DNA of 43,315 nucleotides, from assembly GCA_964344165.1 (NCBI GenBank), contig CAYFMH010000003.1:1-43315 (forward strand), given 5' to 3'. A program made the translations under genes and the position numbers. Within the stretch, counting starts at the first letter, position 1. Every line of letters begins with the position of its first letter. Of the stretch, positions 43,275 through 43,315 are shown piece by piece. Origin of the DNA: an uncultured Candidatus Peribacteria bacterium. GTDB taxonomy: Bacteria; Patescibacteriota; Gracilibacteria; UBA4473. The notes under the pieces were generated by a model. The model had not been told where the DNA came from and ran no database searches. It was given only the letters and a program-made list of their open reading frames with translations.

Positions 43275-43315
43275 AAAACCACTGGCTTTGCCAGTGTGAC
43301 GCTGAGAGGCTAAGC

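Overview
This is a 43.3-kb chromosomal segment from an AT-leaning, apparently small-genome bacterium. It uses the standard genetic code, since TGA terminates the largest ORF. A CPR/Patescibacteria-like origin is inference only. Gene content: (i) one 11.5-kb ORF (3,822 aa) for a secreted multi-domain surface protein; (ii) a tmRNA; (iii) a 7.4-kb cluster with three RelA/SpoT-homologue genes (a full Rel, a small HD-only hydrolase, and a long RSH with a degenerate synthetase), interleaved with a TrmB-like regulator and a methyltransferase; (iv) pyrD-like and pyrE genes separated by an AAA+ ATPase gene; (v) secE-nusG-rplK-rplA, followed not by rplJL but by a mazEF plus transglutaminase-like/TPR cassette bracketed by a 13-bp direct repeat, then gyrB-yggT; (vi) tRNA-Cys, tRNA-Leu, rlmH, a TrpR/YerC-like gene, an orphan hisI, a stand-alone C-terminal half of PurL, an SLH-domain wall protein, a thioredoxin-like gene and metA. 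The most unusual signals are non-genic. Intergenic spacers are built from phase-perfect tandem heptanucleotide arrays. Other modules also recur: a ~100-nt stop-to-start cassette, a GC-rich hairpin family, and tRNA/tmRNA-flank repeats. A duplicated yggT 3' end brackets a small promoter-bearing gene. A 21-codon ORF with seven Met codons, followed by a hairpin and U-tract, sits directly 5' of metA. All protein calls rest on motif recognition in the supplied translations and my own translation of short ORFs; no database search or folding program was run.
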